A program made the translations under genes and the position numbers. From the IMG/VR virus record IMGVR_UViG_3300020048_002944: 64,000 nt of DNA. The stretch is one strand, 5' to 3'. This document shows positions 61,429 through 64,000 of the stretch, one piece after another. Positions within the stretch are counted from its first letter, which is position 1, and the number at the start of each line of letters is the position of its first letter. The notes beneath the pieces are model-generated. The model was given only the letters and a program-made list of their open reading frames with translations, made no database searches and was not told the DNA's origin. The stretch is from a virus (taxonomy: Duplodnaviria; Caudoviricetes).

Positions 61429-61453
61429 TTTTGGATCAAGAAAAGGAGCTTTT

Positions 61454-62158
61454 ATGAATGATTTAAATGAAGGACTCCAAACCTTCCAATTCGGAGGAGG
61501 GTATGGAGACATTTACGGTGATGACCTAGACATAGGTTCAATCCCGGCTAATCTGACAGATACGCTGTTGGGTAATATTGATGGAGTAGAATTTAATTCT
61601 GCACTGGGTGATCCGGCGTTAGATGAGTTCGAACAATATTATCAAGGAGAAGGTGGAGTTGCAGACATTAAACTTGCTGCATTTGACTCTGCTCTAATAC
61701 AAGAAGCCGGTATTGGTAAAAACTTCATACAGGATATTGATATGGACGAGGAAGAATTCCGACGATCCATAGGTATCAAACCTGGTACGCCGTCTACAAA
61801 AGATAAAGACAAAACCAAAAAAGAAGAAAAACCTAAAGAAAAAGAAGAAAAACTAGAGAAACAGGTAACAGTAGTTGAAAAGGCAAAAGAAACCAAAGTA
61901 GATGAGTTACCATCAGATATAGAATCCTTATTTAAGAATATGGGAACCCAAATGTACATGGGTACATTCTTCAATAAAGCTGCAAATAGAGAATATATGC
62001 ACTTTGAAGATGGGACATATTCTATTGTCGATGAAGTTTACATCACCGAAGATGGAAACATTATTGATACTGAAGATGAGGTATTCGAAGAAGATTTTGC
62101 TGAGACAACAGCTGCTGAATGGGCAGCATTGTGTTCTGGTGAATGTTCCGAAGATTGA
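61454..62158 (+). CDS. highly acidic early protein (start reassigned to 61454)
   Basis: AAGGAG RBS; D/E-rich halves around a K/E-rich linker. Confidence 0.8.
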   Translation: MNDLNEGLQTFQFGGGYGDIYGDDLDIGSIPANLTDTLLGNIDGVEFNSALGDPALDEFEQYYQGEGGVADIKLAAFDSALIQEAGIGKNFIQDIDMDEEEFRRSIGIKPGTPSTKDKDKTKKEEKPKEKEEKLEKQVTVVEKAKETKVDELPSDIESLFKNMGTQMYMGTFFNKAANREYMHFEDGTYSIVDEVYITEDGNIIDTEDEVFEEDFAETTAAEWAALCSGECSED

Positions 62159-62165
62159 TCCAATT

Positions 62166-62197
62166 TGTAGGAGTATAATACTCCTACATCTTTTTTT
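62166..62197 (+). terminator. intrinsic terminator
   Basis: TGTAGGAGTA-taa-TACTCCTACA + T tract. Confidence 0.85.
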
Positions 62198-62275
62198 GTT
62201 TTTTTATAACCTGTCGGATAAATATCTAAAAAAGAACATTATATAGTATAAATAATAAATAGAGGGAGTTAAATT

Positions 62276-64000
62276 ATGTCTGTATTCGGAGATGATTTTG
62301 AAGATTTTGATATGGATTCCGAAGACCCCTCTGGCGGGGGAGCAGGTGGATCCGGAAAGAAAAAATCTAGTATGTTTAAAGATCTAGCTAAAGGATTCAT
62401 TGTAGGATCCACCGATAAATTAAAAGAATACGTACCAGCGATAGATGAGTCATTAAGTGAGCTTGGTGATTTAAGTGGTAATATTCGCGATGCTGGAATG
62501 GAAGTAAAAAAATACGCCCACAAAGCTGGACAGTATATAAAAACTATTAAATCTGATGTTGATGATATAAAGAGAGATATGAAAGGTAAATCGATAAGAG
62601 ATAAAATCGAAACCCTTCAGAAAGGTATATCCGAATCAAGAAAGAAAGTAGCGTTTCAATTAGCAGATGATCTAGGATTAGACGAGTCAGAAAAAGAAAT
62701 GCTAACGATGATGACCGGAGACATGGGTGATGATATGGGTGATATGGGTGGAGATTCACCTGTGTCAAAAACAGCAGATACTAGTAAAACTAACGTCAAT
62801 GTAATGCCTACTAAAATATTCTCAGTAAAAGCAACAGCACCAAGAGATGATACACCATTTAAAACAACAGGTATAATGGTTGATGCTTTAGAAAATAGTG
62901 CAGCATACCAGATTAAAAACACTAACCAAACTTCACAGAATATGATAATCATTAACGAGAAACACCATACTGAAAAGATGGAACAACTTGTTAAAATGAG
63001 CACAGTATTAGAAACATTTGGTAAATTCACTGGTGAATTATGGGCACCTTCTGTTAAACAACAGGAACAATTCTATAAAAAATTCGAAGCTCAGCTTACA
63101 GATTTAATCGATTTGAATAGGAATGATGGGTCTGGTAAATTTTCTGGCGGATTATCATCACTGTATCAAGGAATGACTGGCGGTGGTCAAACTAACGGTA
63201 GAAAAAACGTATTCGATTTTACTACTAGTAGTGGCGGATTATCATTTGGTAAACTAGGTGATCACGTAAAAGGTCAGTTTAAATCTGGTATTGGTGATTC
63301 ATTGGGTATGCTTGGTGACATGAAAGGTATGTTACCTATGATGGTTGCTGGTGGTGGTGGTAAAGGTTTAATGCATTCGGTTGGGTCCGGATTAGGTAAA
63401 CTTGCCGCGATGCCGTTTAAACGTAAATTAAATAGGTTACAAGATAACATTAAAGAATTTACACCATCTATGCTTACTAAAGCTAATGAATTTATGAAAG
63501 ACTCAGATAATCCTATGCTTAACTATATGGCTGAGATGTTGAATATCGATACGTCTGTTAAACAGGGCGTAAGTGTTAAAGCTCAGAATAAGAAAGTACC
63601 ATTTGATATGGTTACTAGAAGATCTATAGTTGAGGTAATACCTGGATATTTAGCTAAGATTCACGCAGCTTTAACAGGTGGTGAAGAATTAACCTTTGAT
63701 CATAAAGAAGGTAGATATACATCACTGAAAGCGGCAAAAGAAAAGAATCAGATGGACATAGAGTCAGCAGGTCTAGACTCAATGGGGTATTCCAGAGCAA
63801 AAGTTTCAGAATACGAAACAGTTAGATCAGCTGCAGAAATAGAAAAAGAAGTATTAGCATATAAACAATCAGCTGGTATATCTGATGATACGGATGAAGG
63901 TAAGGAATTACTAAAGAAAAAATATGAAGAGTTACAGGGATCACATGCTGAGAGAACGTCAAGCTTTAAAAAAGACATGGATATTATATTCAAGAACATC
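62276..64000 (+). CDS. large tail / tape-measure-like protein (phiKZ gp181-like), 3'-truncated; absent from ORF track
   Basis: GGGAG RBS, ATG 62276; G/M/K-rich helical sequence running off the window; VPFDMVTRRSIVEVIPGYLAKI motif recalled from gp181-like proteins; next to the beta gene. Confidence 0.7.
   Translation, partial: MSVFGDDFEDFDMDSEDPSGGGAGGSGKKKSSMFKDLAKGFIVGSTDKLKEYVPAIDESLSELGDLSGNIRDAGMEVKKYAHKAGQYIKTIKSDVDDIKRDMKGKSIRDKIETLQKGISESRKKVAFQLADDLGLDESEKEMLTMMTGDMGDDMGDMGGDSPVSKTADTSKTNVNVMPTKIFSVKATAPRDDTPFKTTGIMVDALENSAAYQIKNTNQTSQNMIIINEKHHTEKMEQLVKMSTVLETFGKFTGELWAPSVKQQEQFYKKFEAQLTDLIDLNRNDGSGKFSGGLSSLYQGMTGGGQTNGRKNVFDFTTSSGGLSFGKLGDHVKGQFKSGIGDSLGMLGDMKGMLPMMVAGGGGKGLMHSVGSGLGKLAAMPFKRKLNRLQDNIKEFTPSMLTKANEFMKDSDNPMLNYMAEMLNIDTSVKQGVSVKAQNKKVPFDMVTRRSIVEVIPGYLAKIHAALTGGEELTFDHKEGRYTSLKAAKEKNQMDIESAGLDSMGYSRAKVSEYETVRSAAEIEKEVLAYKQSAGISDDTDEGKELLKKKYEELQGSHAERTSSFKKDMDIIFKNI

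Noticed and set aside
1805-63999. Numerous short antisense/overlapping ORFs in the track (e.g. 4310-4702, 25150-25449, 44198-44437, 47346-47993, 62269-63999 minus ORFs)
   Set aside because: They lie opposite or inside long genes with good RBS and motifs, and lack their own RBS.
1-64000. tRNA, rRNA or tmRNA genes; phage nucleus shell or tubulin genes
   Set aside because: No cloverleaf/TTCGA-CCA pattern in intergenic gaps and no GGGTGSG tubulin motif; the shell protein could not be recognised by eye.

Overview
AT-rich, densely coding segment of a jumbo phage genome of the phiKZ-related, AR9/PBS1-like type. Evidence: split multisubunit RNA polymerase subunits (beta' with GADHDGD; a 1463-aa beta lacking its C-terminal part), a divergent family-B DNA polymerase, an SbcD/Mre11 nuclease, a putative SSB with a DDDDIPF tail, the start of a large tail/tape-measure-like gene, and a tail/adhesin block (BspA LRR, beta-propellers, Ig-like domains, a 4404-aa protein). 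Two phage-type promoter motifs recur in intergenic DNA: TATATATTAT-like (early type) and AACA-N6-TR (matches the AR9 late consensus). The most notable signals are: (i) a ~270-nt ORF-free, multi-hairpin, pseudoknot-capable RNA with its own promoter and terminator at 17.4-17.6 kb; (ii) a family of 7-8 genes with a shared acidic leader ending in a Glu-type cleavage motif, followed by an amphipathic helix and variable bodies, plus a three-domain gene with similar sites that is flanked by 31-bp direct repeats; (iii) promoter logic compatible with a uracil-DNA-type transcription system; (iv) structured leaders upstream of a head-protein gene and the SSB-like gene. No tRNA, rRNA, CRISPR array, integrase or reverse transcriptase was seen. 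All assignments come from reading motifs by eye; no searches were run.
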